From Lingula anatina (Eukaryota > Animalia > Brachiopoda), in NCBI GenBank assembly GCA_051362555.1, contig CM120641.1, positions 5,332,001-5,396,000 of the forward strand: a stretch of DNA of 64,000 nt, read 5' to 3'. Made by a program: the position numbers and the translations under genes. Positions 13,901-26,290 of this stretch are shown here, piece after piece; position 1 is the first letter of the stretch, and every line of letters begins with the position of its first letter. The notes under the pieces are model-generated. The model did not search any database and was not told the DNA's origin. It saw only the letters and a list, made by a program, of their open reading frames with translations.

Positions 13901-16900
13901 CCAAAGATTGAAATAGTTTTAATGTCTTCATTTTTCTGTTGAAGGTGCTGCCAATATTCTTGGTAGTTTTGTGTCTGCCTATCCCATCACTGCTAGTTTC
14001 TCCAGAAGTGCAGTCAATTCACAGAGTGGGGTCAGGACACCGCTAGGTGGAGTGGTTACAGGTATTTTTTTCTATGCTAGTTTTTTTTCTTTCTTTCTTT
14101 TTGCATTTATTCATTTATATTTGAAAACCCTGTTTGCCTTATGTGACACTTTAAAACATGTAATTTAAATGTTTCAGTCAAGCTTGTAAATAGATTTCAG
14201 CTTGGCTGCTATGTATAAATGTGTTTGTTAATGGTGAAAATGTTTTATTATAAGAAATTTGATCAGGTTGTTGTGGTGGGATATGCCCGGATATTTTGCC
14301 ACTTTTAGTTTATAATAAATTTCTTTTTATGTGAAGGTGAGATTTGTAAAAACTGGGTGTCCTTGAGGCCTGACTGGAATATGTACCCCATGTCTGTCTA
14401 TGTGATATGTGTTATTGACATTAGTCCACCATGCTTGATATAAAATTAAAAAAAGGAAACAATGATTTGTACCTTCCATCAACTCATATTCCCCTTGCAA
14501 CATTACACCTTTAACCTAAGTATTCATCATGATAATTTATACAAATTGGATGCTGGCAAGAGACGTAATGTCATGTATTTTCATTATTTTTCTGGCCTGG
14601 CTCAAAGATCTCACATATCCTATAACAATCAAACAGAGACAAACATAATATGTTTTCACATCAGCTAGATGTCACATAAGACAACACTGGCTAAGTATTA
14701 AAATAGGTAATTTCAAAAAAAGCAGATAGAATTTGTAAAAAATGTAATTAAATCCACTTCCTTATTTACTTATAGCGTGACCTTTTTATATTAACCAGGG
14801 TAGCAGTCTCTACTCAGAATACTAAAAGAAGTTGCAAGAACTTAAAGCAATTCAGCAACAAAGTTAAATTTGACAATGATGTACAGTAACAGTGATGATC
14901 ATATATGATAGCAATTGCTAAGATTTTATGGTTAGCCTTTAAGAAGAGGGACTGTGCTGCTCCCATCACTGACATGTCATTTGAAGAATATTTATTTTTT
15001 TCAAAATCTAATATTATTTATGTATGTATTTTATGAATACCATTTTGCTTTTTACATTTTTTAAATTCAAGTATCTCAGAATATACAGCTTATTTCATGT
15101 TTATTTATATAAATCAATGTCTTGTACATTATCAGAGACACATGCCATATTGCATAAGATACAGAAATAAAAACACAAATTTGCAAACTTGAAGCAGCTG
15201 ATCCAGTAACTTCTGATAGCAATAGGTTAAGTGTCACAAGGAAGTACTTTTAAAAGATGTACATGTGAGTGGATATGCTCTATGCATGAACATGTAACAA
15301 AATATGGTTTTGATCCATTACCTGCGACCGTGAAGACACTGGTACATGTAGAGATTGTAGATGGTCAGTGATCATTTTAAGGTGACAAGGCAAAGGCCTT
15401 TTAAGCACCAGTGGACTATGTTCCTTTTTGATTATATTTTTCAAGTAAATAAAATAATCACAAGGTCATGGACCTCTCAAAAAATACATGTAAACATATA
15501 CAAATCAGGACAGTTGTACAGATGTAATAATTATTATGGTATTTTTTTGTCTGCAGGCTTTGTGCAAATATCTTTCAGTTCAGTATAAACTTTTTTTTCA
15601 TCCAGATTTCACAAGCTCAACATTTAGTGATTATGTCCCACTAGGTTAAGCACTAGCTGTTTTATATATCAGTAATTGTAACCATCCAAAAAGTGTAATA
15701 TTTTTTAAATGTGTAGTATTGTACAAAAAGCATGAAAAACAAAAAATCAAAAGTCAGAGCTTTGAATACCCTAACTGGACTAAGTACTGTATGAATAATT
15801 TCCTCTAGTATGGACTTCATCAACAGTTTTTTGGCGCACTTGTCTCAAGGCAGCTTTATATATATAATTTATATCAGTGGCAACAATCAATATACAATAT
15901 ATGTATCAGGATATACCAAGGAGATACTAGAGAACCCTTTAAGGCTACTATAAGGAAAGAATAAATATACTTTCACTTCTCTTTTCAGCTACCATTGTGG
16001 TGCTGGCTTTGGCATTTTTGACTCCATACTTCTACTACATTCCTGATGCTGCCCTTGCAACTGTGATCATTTGTGCAGTGGTTGACATGATTGAAGTCCA
16101 CATTCTTATTGAACTTTGGAGAGTCAAAAGTAAGCCTTCAGAAAATGCTCATCATCACTCACATTGTATGTCTGAATTTATAAACTTCCAAAATTATTCA
16201 GTTAGGCCAGATTTAAATCTTATCTAAATCAAATCCTTTTTTGTTTTCAGAGATTGACCTGTTACCACTTGTGGCAACATTTGTGTTTGCATTGGCAATA
16301 GGCGTTGAGGTAATCTATTTTTTTTTTCATTTACTTACTTTGGGAAATGTAATTTTATGGATTATGTATATATTAACATCAAAAATTAAGCTATATGTTG
16401 AAATTTCCAAGACAAGAGCTTACTTCATTCTTTTGCTTACAATTTAGGTTTAATGAGTTTTAAAAATTAGTACACAGTAAGGATGACTAATATACAGACA
16501 GGAAAAATCATTGTGACAATATTTACAAAAGATTTTAATAACATTTGTGATTATCATAAGTTTTTTTTTTCAAAAAGAACCTGGGTTTTATAAAAAAAAG
16601 AATAATAAGATAAATACATAAAATCTTTTAAAAAAGAAAAAAAAACAATGATTATGTATAATTTATTTCAGTATGGACTGCTTATTGGCTCTGCCATTTC
16701 ATTGTGTCTTCTCATGTATCCAATGATAAGGCCAAGGTTGACAGTAAGTGATCATGATATTTGTTGTGAAATTCTATAATCTAAACCTCAGTTTATTTGA
16801 TTAACTGTATTATTAATTTATCATTGAACTGTAGAACTAATTTACATGATAAATTATTATGTGTAGAAGATTCATAAGATCATGGAGGGAAATATTTACA

Positions 16901-18697
16901 GATTGATTTTATATGAGCTTTCTAGCATCAATTTATTAATATCAGCAACACTGGAAAGTCATTCAAAAATTATTTTGTTTTTTAAGGGTCAGTAGTTGAA
17001 TATCGGTATACCTTATGGCACTAACAATGTTTGTTTTATAATTTTTCAAGCACAACATTGTCACTGAAATTCACAATGTGGCTGACCTTCCACAGAAAAG
17101 AGGACCTATTAAGTCTATAATAACAAATCTGGTAAGATTTTATTTTAATAAATCATTTACTTTTGGTTGACAACATTTTACTAAAGGATGGTTGCAATTT
17201 TCAATGTCAAAAAAAAAAAAAAAACTTTGGGTCATCATTATTTTTTATCAGAAATAGTATAAACTAAAAAGGAGAAACTTATGATGCATTTGATTAAATT
17301 TTCTTTTTGTGACTAGCAACAAGAAATGATTCTAATCCTGGCACCGAAGGCAGGTCTTATGTTTCCTGGTGTGGAATACCTAAGAGATAAGATAAACAAT
17401 CATGCTTTATTATGTAAGTTGATCATGTTATAATTCCACAACTCTTGTTATATTGAACATAATTTTAAAATGTTAACCATACTATTACATGTACTTTATT
17501 GATATTAAACTAATTTGATAGTTGATATTAAGCTTCATCATAACCATAGCCTAACTTCTTGCAATTTAATGGGCTCTTTAGCAGACAAAATGTCATTATG
17601 TTTCACAGCAATATTTGAAGTAATACTCTAGTTTATATAGACAGCTGTAAAAAGTCACACCGCTATTTTGCAAAAGATAACATGACTGTCAACAAACAAA
17701 CAAACAAACAAACAAACAAACAAATAAATAACAGGTTTCATTCATAAATGACACCATCTTATACTTGTCACATATACATTCCACAGACTCAAATGCTACA
17801 AAATTAATGTGCTTAAAAAGAGTTTTCAATGTTGCATCTCTTTGAAATGATTTTTTTAGAAAGCATGCTTATATTTTGTTTTGTCTTCTTTTTTCAGCTG
17901 CTCATCCTAAATCTGTAATCATAGATTTTTCTCAAGTTTGGGATGTTGATTTTAGTGCTGTTAACTTTGTGAAAAGCATTTACCAAGATTTTGGAAACCA
18001 TAAGTGCTTACATTTGGCTTTTGTTGGAATGCAGGTAAGACTTAATTATTAGTTCATAAGTTAATTATATCTGATATAGCTCGAAAGTTCATAATCAGAA
18101 AGATCAACTCTGTAACTTTTAAACATGACTGTGTGATCATGCTTTAGAATTGAAAAAGAATTTAGAGTGACACAAATACAACAAAATTATTATATTGCAT
18201 AGTTTGTTGCTGATTTCTTTTCTGTTAAGGGTCCTCTTCATATAGCATTTTAACAAGTTGAAAATGAAACAAATACATGTAGATTTCCTGGTATGTTGCA
18301 TTTCTGAAATATATTCAGGTGTTTATATACAATAAGAAATTTCTATGTTACATTTCAGGACAATGTCTTGAAAATGGTGAAGGCAGCAGAAATTGAGGGT
18401 TTTAAACATTTTATTAATACTCAAGATGCAATGGATGACATCTTCAAAACAATACGCATGGAAGAACTTAAAAATGATGACAGCAAAGGTGTCTTGGAAC
18501 AGCTGAACAGAGTTTCCAGTATAATACAGCTGGAAGAACAAAGCCGTTTCAGCAGTTCAGCGAGTGATGTTTCCACACAAGACCCCTCTGAAGTCGGGGA
18601 AGAAGAATATGACAACAAAGCCTTTGATGGTTCAATTGAAGATGTGACTTGCAATGAAGACAAAGACACAGAGAACAGACAATCGAATTATATTTGA
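7913..18697 (+). CDS. SLC26A11: SLC26A11-like sulfate/anion transporter, paralog 1 (692 aa, 18 coding exons)
   Basis: Exons 7913-8013, 10450-10552, 10872-11082, 11584-11669, 11961-12040, 12279-12333, 12599-12692, 12909-13090, 13334-13406, 13725-13775, 13945-14061, 15989-16129, 16251-16309, 16672-16743, 17051-17131, 17317-17413, 17898-18034, 18359-18697; all GT-AG, total 2079 nt in frame. Motifs [50 protein letters not shown]-type [12 protein letters not shown]. Confidence 0.92.
8576..8827 (+). mobile_element. MITE with CAG(G/T)GG(C/T)GGAT-type TIRs in intron 1 of paralog 1
   Basis: CAGGGGTGGATCCAGG..CCTAAATCCGCCACTG termini; related partial copy at 3490-3593; TSD not clear. Confidence 0.7.
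14253..15643 (+). repeat. Duplicated segment A (intron 11 of paralog 1); second copy at 21369-23440
   Basis: Collinear blocks such as AAAACTGGGTGTCCTTGAGGCCTG, CCAGGGTAGCAGTCTCTACTCAGAAT, TTTTGATCCATTACCTGCGACC. Confidence 0.9.
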
Positions 18698-19210
18698 AAT
18701 TTTTCTTGACTTTGTAAAATTGATTCTATTCTGGCTATTTGGTGATATTTTTGTGGAATATCTTTTATTTGGATTACAGTTGGCTATGATTTCTGACAAG
18801 CTTCAATTAAACTTGAAGCATACAATGGTACTAGACTATACATATTATGTTTTACATTTGCTGCAATTTTGCAATTTCTGTATTCCTCCATTAATGTGTT
18901 GTAAGAGATAAATAATTTAAAGTTATATTGGGTATATAAGACAATTATTTCATAAATGCCTAATAAACTTGCTTATTAATAAAATTGTTATGCTTAGCAA
19001 TGTATATGTTTTATAAATATTGTATATCAATTGTATGTAAAATTATAATTTTTTAAGCAGAAAAATTAAGTTCTGCAAGTTTATGGAAAATATATCCTTG
19101 GAATAAATACATCGTATTGAATTATATAATAAAACAATTATCAACTTTAGATTTCAGTCAATATTCTGTTTTGCTGACCTCAGAAAAGTGACATTGAAAA
19201 AAAGAATACA

Positions 19211-20590
19211 GAACTTAGGATGCAGGTTCAATGTGGGGTCCATCAACTTGCAGACTTTACTGCTATTGCTACTGTCATTGCCATGGTAATTGCTATGGCC
19301 AATCGCTGCAAAAAGCTTAAGCCAAATTTATTTTGGATTCAAATTTGATATAATGATGCTACTTGCTTTAGGGTAAGGATTTTCATTAATGAAAGTCAGA
19401 TCCTTCAAGATAAGGATCTTTAAGAGAAGGAAAATGCAGTAGTTGGGCCTTTTTAAACATTTATGTCTCATCCTATATATCTAATTTGAAACATGATAAC
19501 AAAATTTTGCATCATAGTATATATCTTTGTAAATCTTTTATGCTTAATTTTAAAATATTAATAAATATTTGTCAAAATAAAAGAAAAAAGTCAAATAAAT
19601 ATTAAAGTTTGTGTGTTTGCAAAATTTGTATCTTGTTTATGACTAATTTAAGACCCCATTCGCATACCTAGATCGATGTAACAGGATCGATCCATCTCTT
19701 AGGGGTTTCTCGCTAAATTGCTTTCAGTTTAAGTGGCTAAGATGTCTGGCACGCCTACTGAAGCTGCTAAATGATAGTTTTTTTATTCCCTTACAGCTTC
19801 AGTAGGCATACCAGACATCAGAGCTGCTTAAGCTAAAAGCAATTTAGTGAGAAACCCCTCAGAGATGTATCGATCCTGTTAGATCTATCAAAGTATGGAA
19901 ATGGGTTGTAAGAGTGTACTAGTACATAAACAAATGAAGTGAAAGATTAATTGCTAGCCATTCTGTTCATTTAAACCTGGCATTCAGGGAATAAATTTAG
20001 CAGCTGATTATATTATATTTTATGAGACTTTATCTCTAGTTTGTAATAGTTTAATTCTTAAAGCAACATTTCCCCTCCTGCTGTTTTAAGATTGCACTTT
20101 CAAATGACTGAAGTCAATTTATAATTTAGGACATACTTAAAACAGTTTAGTGACCAAATATTTTCATTTATAAATCTTTACTGGTGCAAATTTGCACTGA
20201 TAATCTTAAGTCTAAACATATTTTGAGAGTAATGCCACAGTCGCAGTAGGGGGCTTATGTTGACATTGAACCCTTGTCCCTAAAATAAACAGCCCCCCCC
20301 CCCATCACCCAAGGTTTGGTATATATCTTATCCCTATGTTGTCACATAATGTACATGCATGACCACAGCAAACAGCCAACCAAAATTATAGGAATATGTT
20401 TACACTCGGCATGTGATGTAGCCCTCGTGTGGTCCAGGTGTAAATCACTTTCATAGACAAACCTTATAACTACACCTGAATACACCTGAATATCTAATGT
20501 GAAAAGTTTACAATTATATTTCTAAAAAATGATCATCCCTATTCAATTGAAATCATTTTCTGCACATTATGGTCACCTAAAGGAGTTAAT
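19211..20590 (+). repeat. Duplicated segment B; second copy at ~25081-26290
   Basis: Collinear blocks such as CTTAAGCCAAATTTATTTTG, AAATGCAGTAGTTGGGCCTTT, CCACAGTCGCAGTAGGGGGCTTA, TGACATTGAACCCTTGTCCCTAAAATAAACAG. Confidence 0.9.
19652..19908. mobile_element. Palindromic PIF/Harbinger (Tourist-like) MITE
   Basis: Near full-length hairpin; TAA on both sides; the paralogous segment has the empty site (single TAA at 25580-25582). Confidence 0.85.
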
Positions 20591-20630
20591 GCTTGGTTAC
20601 TGGTAACATAGCAACTTGGCGAAGACCAGG

Positions 20631-20801
20631 CAGGGGCAGATCCAGAGATATTTTCTGAGTCTTCCAAATTATATCTGTTAAACCATCCCCCAATTTTGAC
20701 CATCTTTCAACAGAAAAAGTTGAATGCCTGTCAATGTAAACAAAAAAATTCTGACCTTCTTCCAGAAGACCCAGAGGAATGCTTAATTCTGTCTGCCCCT
20801 G
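20631..20801. mobile_element. CAGGGGC-TIR MITE, inverted diverged copy of 2109-2273
   Basis: CAGGGGCAGATCCAGAGATATTTTCTGA..TTCCAGAAGACCCAGA..TCTGCCCCTG. Confidence 0.75.
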
Positions 20802-21368
20802 CAGGCCAAGTTCCAGGAGATAGGTTTGATATGATGCAAGGCGTGTAAGGTAGCGAAAGACCGCAAAGAGAAAGGGATAAGTAAGTTAACTTTTGGGTAA
20901 CTAAACTAAATTTAACTATAAAATGATCAAAATTAGTTGACCCATCACATTCTTTCAATTTACTGAAAGTCATACTATTTGACATGATACTTGCCAATTT
21001 GACCAGTGGTGGTAGTGGTGGTGGAGCATGTCTTGTAACTCTGAAATATCAATGACATTCAACATCAACAAGTCTTACATGTAGTTCACTTTCAGTTAGA
21101 CAGCGATCAACCATTGTGTTATATGCCACATTGATCAAGAAGATCATTTGAATCTTCTGTATTTGATCTAGGAGGGAAGTCAGCTAAAAATTCTTTTTCA
21201 GTGAAAAGCTGCATAAGGTGGAGTGGTTATTGGGTTTTTTTTTTCATGTATATCAGACAATCCAGCTTGCCTTTATACTTTGGCAGTCTATGACATCAGT
21301 TTTATAGTTTTCAGTCAAACTCACAAATAAGTGCGAGCTTGCCCTGTAAATGTTTGGTGAGTTTTTTT

Positions 21369-23440
21369 AGAAACTTGATCAGGTTGCTGAGATGGATATC
21401 TTGCCACTCTGAGTTTATAACATATGTTTTTTACATGCAAGTGTGAAAACTGGGTGTCCTTGAGGCCTGTCTGGAATAGGCACACAGTGTCTGTCTATGT
21501 GATATGTGTTATTGACACTAGTCTACCATGCAAGAAATTAAATTTAGAAAAAAAAACATGATTTGTACCTTCCATTGTCTCACATTCCCCTTGCAATATA
21601 ACACCTTTAACGTAAGTATACATCATGACATTTTATTCAAATTGGATGCTGGCAAGAGATGAAATGTCAAGCATTTCATTATTTTTCTGGGCTGGCTCAG
21701 AGAACTCACATATCCTATAACAATCAAATGGAGACAGAAAAATGTTCCACATCAGCTAGATGTCACATAAGAACACACTGGCTAAGTATTAAAAAAGGTA
21801 GGCACAAAAAAGCAGAATTTATAAAAAAAATGTTGTAATTAAATATACTTCCTTGTAGCTTGGTTTTTTTATACCAACCAGGGTAGCAGTCTCTACTCAG
21901 AATGCTAAAAGAAGTTGCAAAATCTTTGAGCATTTCAGCAACAAAGTTAAATTTGTCAGCCTGATTTACAGTAATAATGCATCAATGATAATATGATAGC
22001 ACTTACTAAGTGTTCCCATCCCTAGATTGATCTAACAGGATCGGTCCATCTCCACGGGGTTTCTCGCTAAATTGCTTTAAGCTTAAGTAGCTAAGATGTC
22101 TGGCACAACTGCTAAAGCTGCTAAACAATAGTTAATTACCCGTGACAGACATCTAAGACTGGGTTCCCACAGATTTGGATCGATCTATTTGGATCCACCT
22201 AACTCCCTGGGGGTTCACACTAAATTGCTGTCAGCCGGGAGAGCACGAAAGTTAATTACCCCCTTACAGCTTTTAGAAGCGGGACAGACATTTAAGCCGG
22301 CTAAGCTGACAACAATCTAGTGAGACTCCCCACAGGGATAGATCGATCTAAAATCTGTGGGAATGCAGTCTGAGCCGCTTAAGTTAATTGCAAATTAAGT
22401 GAGGATCCCCTTGGAGATAGTTTGATCCAAAGTTAGTACGATAGCTTCTGGGAATGGTCTTTCATTAAGTATTTGTGGTTAGCCTTTCAGAAAAGGGACT
22501 GTGCTGCACCCATCACTGACATATCATTTCAAGAATATTTATTTATGTCTCCTCCATCTCAGTGTACCACGAACTTTTATGGTCTCATTCATAGCAAGAA
22601 AGAAGGCAACAAGGAGTACTGATTGTTTGTGATTTGGCCAAACAAGGCCGCTTTTATTATATAACCCCTCTATCCTAATCGTTTTAACAATAATAACAAT
22701 GTAGCAAATTGTTGCCTGTATTAAATGTTATGGTTTATTTTTCTTAATATCTAATTTTATTTATATATGTATGTTATGAATACCATTTTACTTGTTAATT
22801 TTTTTTTAATTCAAGGTTTTCAGTTTATATTTCACGTTTTTATATGGCTGTGCTGTACATTATCAGAGGCACATGCCATATTGCATAAGCTACAGAAATA
22901 AATTTGCAAATTTTAAGCATCTGTGGCAGTAACCTCTGATAGCAATAGGTTAAGTGTCACAAGAAAGTACTTTTAAAAGATGTACATGTGTGAGAGGATA
23001 TGCTCTTTGCACATACATGTAACAAGATATGGTTTTGATCCATTACCTGCGACCCTGAAGACACTGGTACATGTAGGTGGTCAGTGATCATTTTAAGGTG
23101 ACAAGGCAAAGGCCTTTTTTAACACCAGTGGATTATTCCATTTCCCATATCAAGTTATACTGTAGGTCAACTGCATGTTATTTCTCATGATCCCATATTC
23201 ATAATGCAGATGTGATTATTTTTTGGGGAATAAGTGAAATAATCACAAGGTCATGCCCGCCCCCCAAGAGAAAAATACATTTAAAAAAAGAAATTCAGGA
23301 CAGTTGTACAAATGTAATTATGGTATCTGTTTTTTGTCTGCAAGCTTTGTGCAAATACGTATATGTTTCAGTTCAGTATAAACTACAACTTTTTTCATCT
23401 AGATTTTACAAGTTCTGCATTTAGAGATTATGCCCCACTA
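21369..23440 (+). repeat. Duplicated segment A' with extra insertions
   Basis: Homologous to 14253-15643; interrupted by MITEs at 22010-22465 and other indels. Confidence 0.88.
22010..22465. mobile_element. Harbinger-type MITE (same family as 19652-19908) carrying a nested related MITE at 22157-22370
   Basis: Outer shares GGGGTTTCTCGCTAAATTGCTTT with the 19652 copy, has TAA flanks, and its empty site is at 14919-14921. Inner has TIRs GACTGGGTTCCCACAGATTT..AAATCTGTGGGAATGCAGTC with TAA/TGA flanks. Confidence 0.82.
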
Positions 23441-23899
23441 TATTTAGCCGAGTAGGTCACTCGTGGGAATAAAAAATTATTCAAACAAAAATTACAGTGA
23501 ATTTTTATGGTTTAATGAGTTATCTTTACGTACAATAAATGAGTTGAAAAAATATACACTGTACATACTCGTACATAGTACTACTGGTAGTATGGGGTAC
23601 TGTACACATGTATGCTGATAAATGTAAAAAAAACTTACTTCCATTATATTCAGAAAGGCCTAGAGAATGGGAGTTGAATGACAGCATTTTTATTAAAATA
23701 AAGATAGTGTTTTATTTTTCAATGGTGATTATGCTCGTCTTTGGTAATGTAAATGACCCCTGGTTTGTTATGAGTGTTCTGATTTTGAAACTTGAAAGTG
23801 CAAGTGCAATCGAGATGTCACCACTGATGGCAGCGACAGGGCAAGCCACATGACGAAATTGAAAGTCATTCCAAATGTATACGCTGAGGTAATCAAAAC

Positions 23900-24121
23900 A
23901 CATCACCCTTGTCTGTAAACGGTTTGAAGAGATGCCGGTCGTTCATATTAGCAAAAACGAGCACATTACGAGTCGCCGTCTTGGTGTGGAACCTGTAGGC
24001 TGTCTTGCGTAAAGACGCATGCGCACTGGGTCGAGCAGGTGCTGTAGCCTGTTGACGTTGTGGAGTAGGAGGCTGTCAGACACCGGTGTTTTGTGTGGAC
24101 CCAGTTCTTATTAGTGCTCCG
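23900..24121 (+). promoter_or_regulatory. Putative promoter and non-coding first exon of SLC26A11-like paralog 2
   Basis: Local CpG/GC enrichment, NRF1-like GCATGCGCA at 24017-24025, strong CCG|GTGAGT donor at 24121/24122; matching acceptor at 30089. Confidence 0.55.
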
Positions 24122-25080
24122 GTGAGTAAAATAGCGAATGAGATTACATTTTGGGCAATGTGAAAATTGTGCATTAACACTCTGGTTAGATTTGTTGATA
24201 TCACAAGACCTGCACCGTGACTTGTCCTGTTGGTGTTACTAGTGTTTACGTTGTGCTACGTCGACGTTGATGTTGATACCGCAGTCAGCGCTACTACAAA
24301 CTGTGCCTTTCCATGCTGTATACTACGTTCCAATCTGCAGCTAGATCGGTTGTGAGTAGCTTTGCAAGAATGTTTTCATAGGCACAACTGCAGTTTGTTT
24401 ACCCCTTCAAATCTTTAATAATTAGGAAATCGTTTATGGCGTTAAATATATTGTCCACTTTAACCACAGCAATCAGCAGTTTAAAATGGCAATATGCTGT
24501 GGGCATATGTCTTCATTGTGAAATCTGATTTGCCAACAACCTAATGTATACTCGTAAGTTCTAACTAGAATAGCACTGAGTTACTGAAAAAGGGTACTTT
24601 TGCAGTATTCCCCCACCCATTAATCCTCCCATTTTAATTAATGTCAATCAAAATTAACTTATGTGGACTGTGGTGACTGAAAATGTACTAATTTTTTTAT
24701 TTTATTTATTTATTAAGTAATTTTCAAGCTCTTTGACAAATAAGATCACAGCAAATTTTCACTCTAGCAGTGGCCGTGGCTCTCATAACATTTAGCTGGC
24801 ATAAAGTTCCATGTAAAAATCGTGAAGAAGAAAACTAAAAATGTGATAATTATCATATGGTTTTTTTCTAAGTTTGCAGGATATTTGACAAAGTCATGCC
24901 AACTCTTTTCCTTTTTTTTTCTTTTTTTGCTTCCATAAAAAATCAAAATTTTTTCTGATTTCTCAAGTCAGATTCTTGGTATTTGGCAAGAAATTTTGCT
25001 AGTGTGTATCTAGTATGAAACAAATTGAAAGGGAAACATTTGCTATATATAAATCCTTTTTTCTTCTGAAAAGAATTATA

Positions 25081-26290
25081 GAACTTCGGACAGATTCAAT
25101 GTCAGGTCAATCATCTTGCAGACTTTGCTGCTATTGCCACTGTAGCTTAATTGCTGTTATTGCTGGTTATTGTTGTGGTAATTGTTATGGCCAATTGATG
25201 CAAAAACTTAAGCCAAATTTATTTTGAGTTCAAATTTTATATAATAATGCTGCTTACTTAAGTGCAAGGATTTTTAATTTGTTAAAATCAGACCCTTCAA
25301 GATATGGATCTTTAAGGGAAGGGAAATGCAGTAGTTGGGCCTTTAAACATATGTCTCATCCTGTAGAATGATATCCTTGCTCTGAATATCTAACTTGAAA
25401 AATTACATGATCAAAAATCATAGTTTTATCTTTGTATAACTTTAATTCAAGAACTTAATGAAAGAAAAAGAAGAAAAAAAACACTTTTATATTTTTTATG
25501 AAAGATAAAAAGAAAAAAATCAGTTTTATATGTTTACTTTTTTGTGTTAGCGAAATTCATATCTTGTTTATGGCTAATTTAAGATCGTACTGGTACATAT
25601 TTCAAAAAGAAACAAAATGAAAAATTAATTTCTAGTCATTCTGTTCTATTAAACCTGGTGTAAAGTGAATAAATTTAGCAGGTGATTATATAAGAGGATT
25701 CCATTTTCATCAAACTTTATCTCTCATTTGTAAATGTTTAACTCTAAAGCCAATATCTCCCCTCCTTCTGTGTCAAGGTTGCACTATTGGTGATTTAAGT
25801 CACTTGCATTTATTTGGAATATATAAATTTAAGAGATACTGAAAACAGTTTACTGACCAAATATTTCCATCTATAAATCTTTACAGGTGCAAATCTGCAC
25901 TGATAATCTTAATTCTTTACATATTTTGAGAGTAATACCACAGTCGCAGTAGGGGGCTTAGGGTGACATTGAACCCTTGTCCCTAAAATAAACAGTCCCC
26001 CCATCACCCAAGGCTTGGCATATATCTTATCCCTGTGTTGTCACATAGTATACATTTATGAATGCTTTTCTAAGCTTAACAGTTGACCAAAATTATAAGG
26101 AATGTTTACACATGACATGTGATGCAGCCCTTGTGTGGTCCAGGTGTGAATCAGTTTTGATAGACAAACCATATAACACCTGAATACATTATCCAGTGTG
26201 AGACGTATACAATTATATATTTAAAAGTAATCATCCCTTTTCATTTGAAGTCATTTTTTGCACATTTTGATCACTTCAGGGGTTAATGTA
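25081..26290 (+). repeat. Duplicated segment B'
   Basis: Homologous to 19211-20590 without the MITE. Confidence 0.88.
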
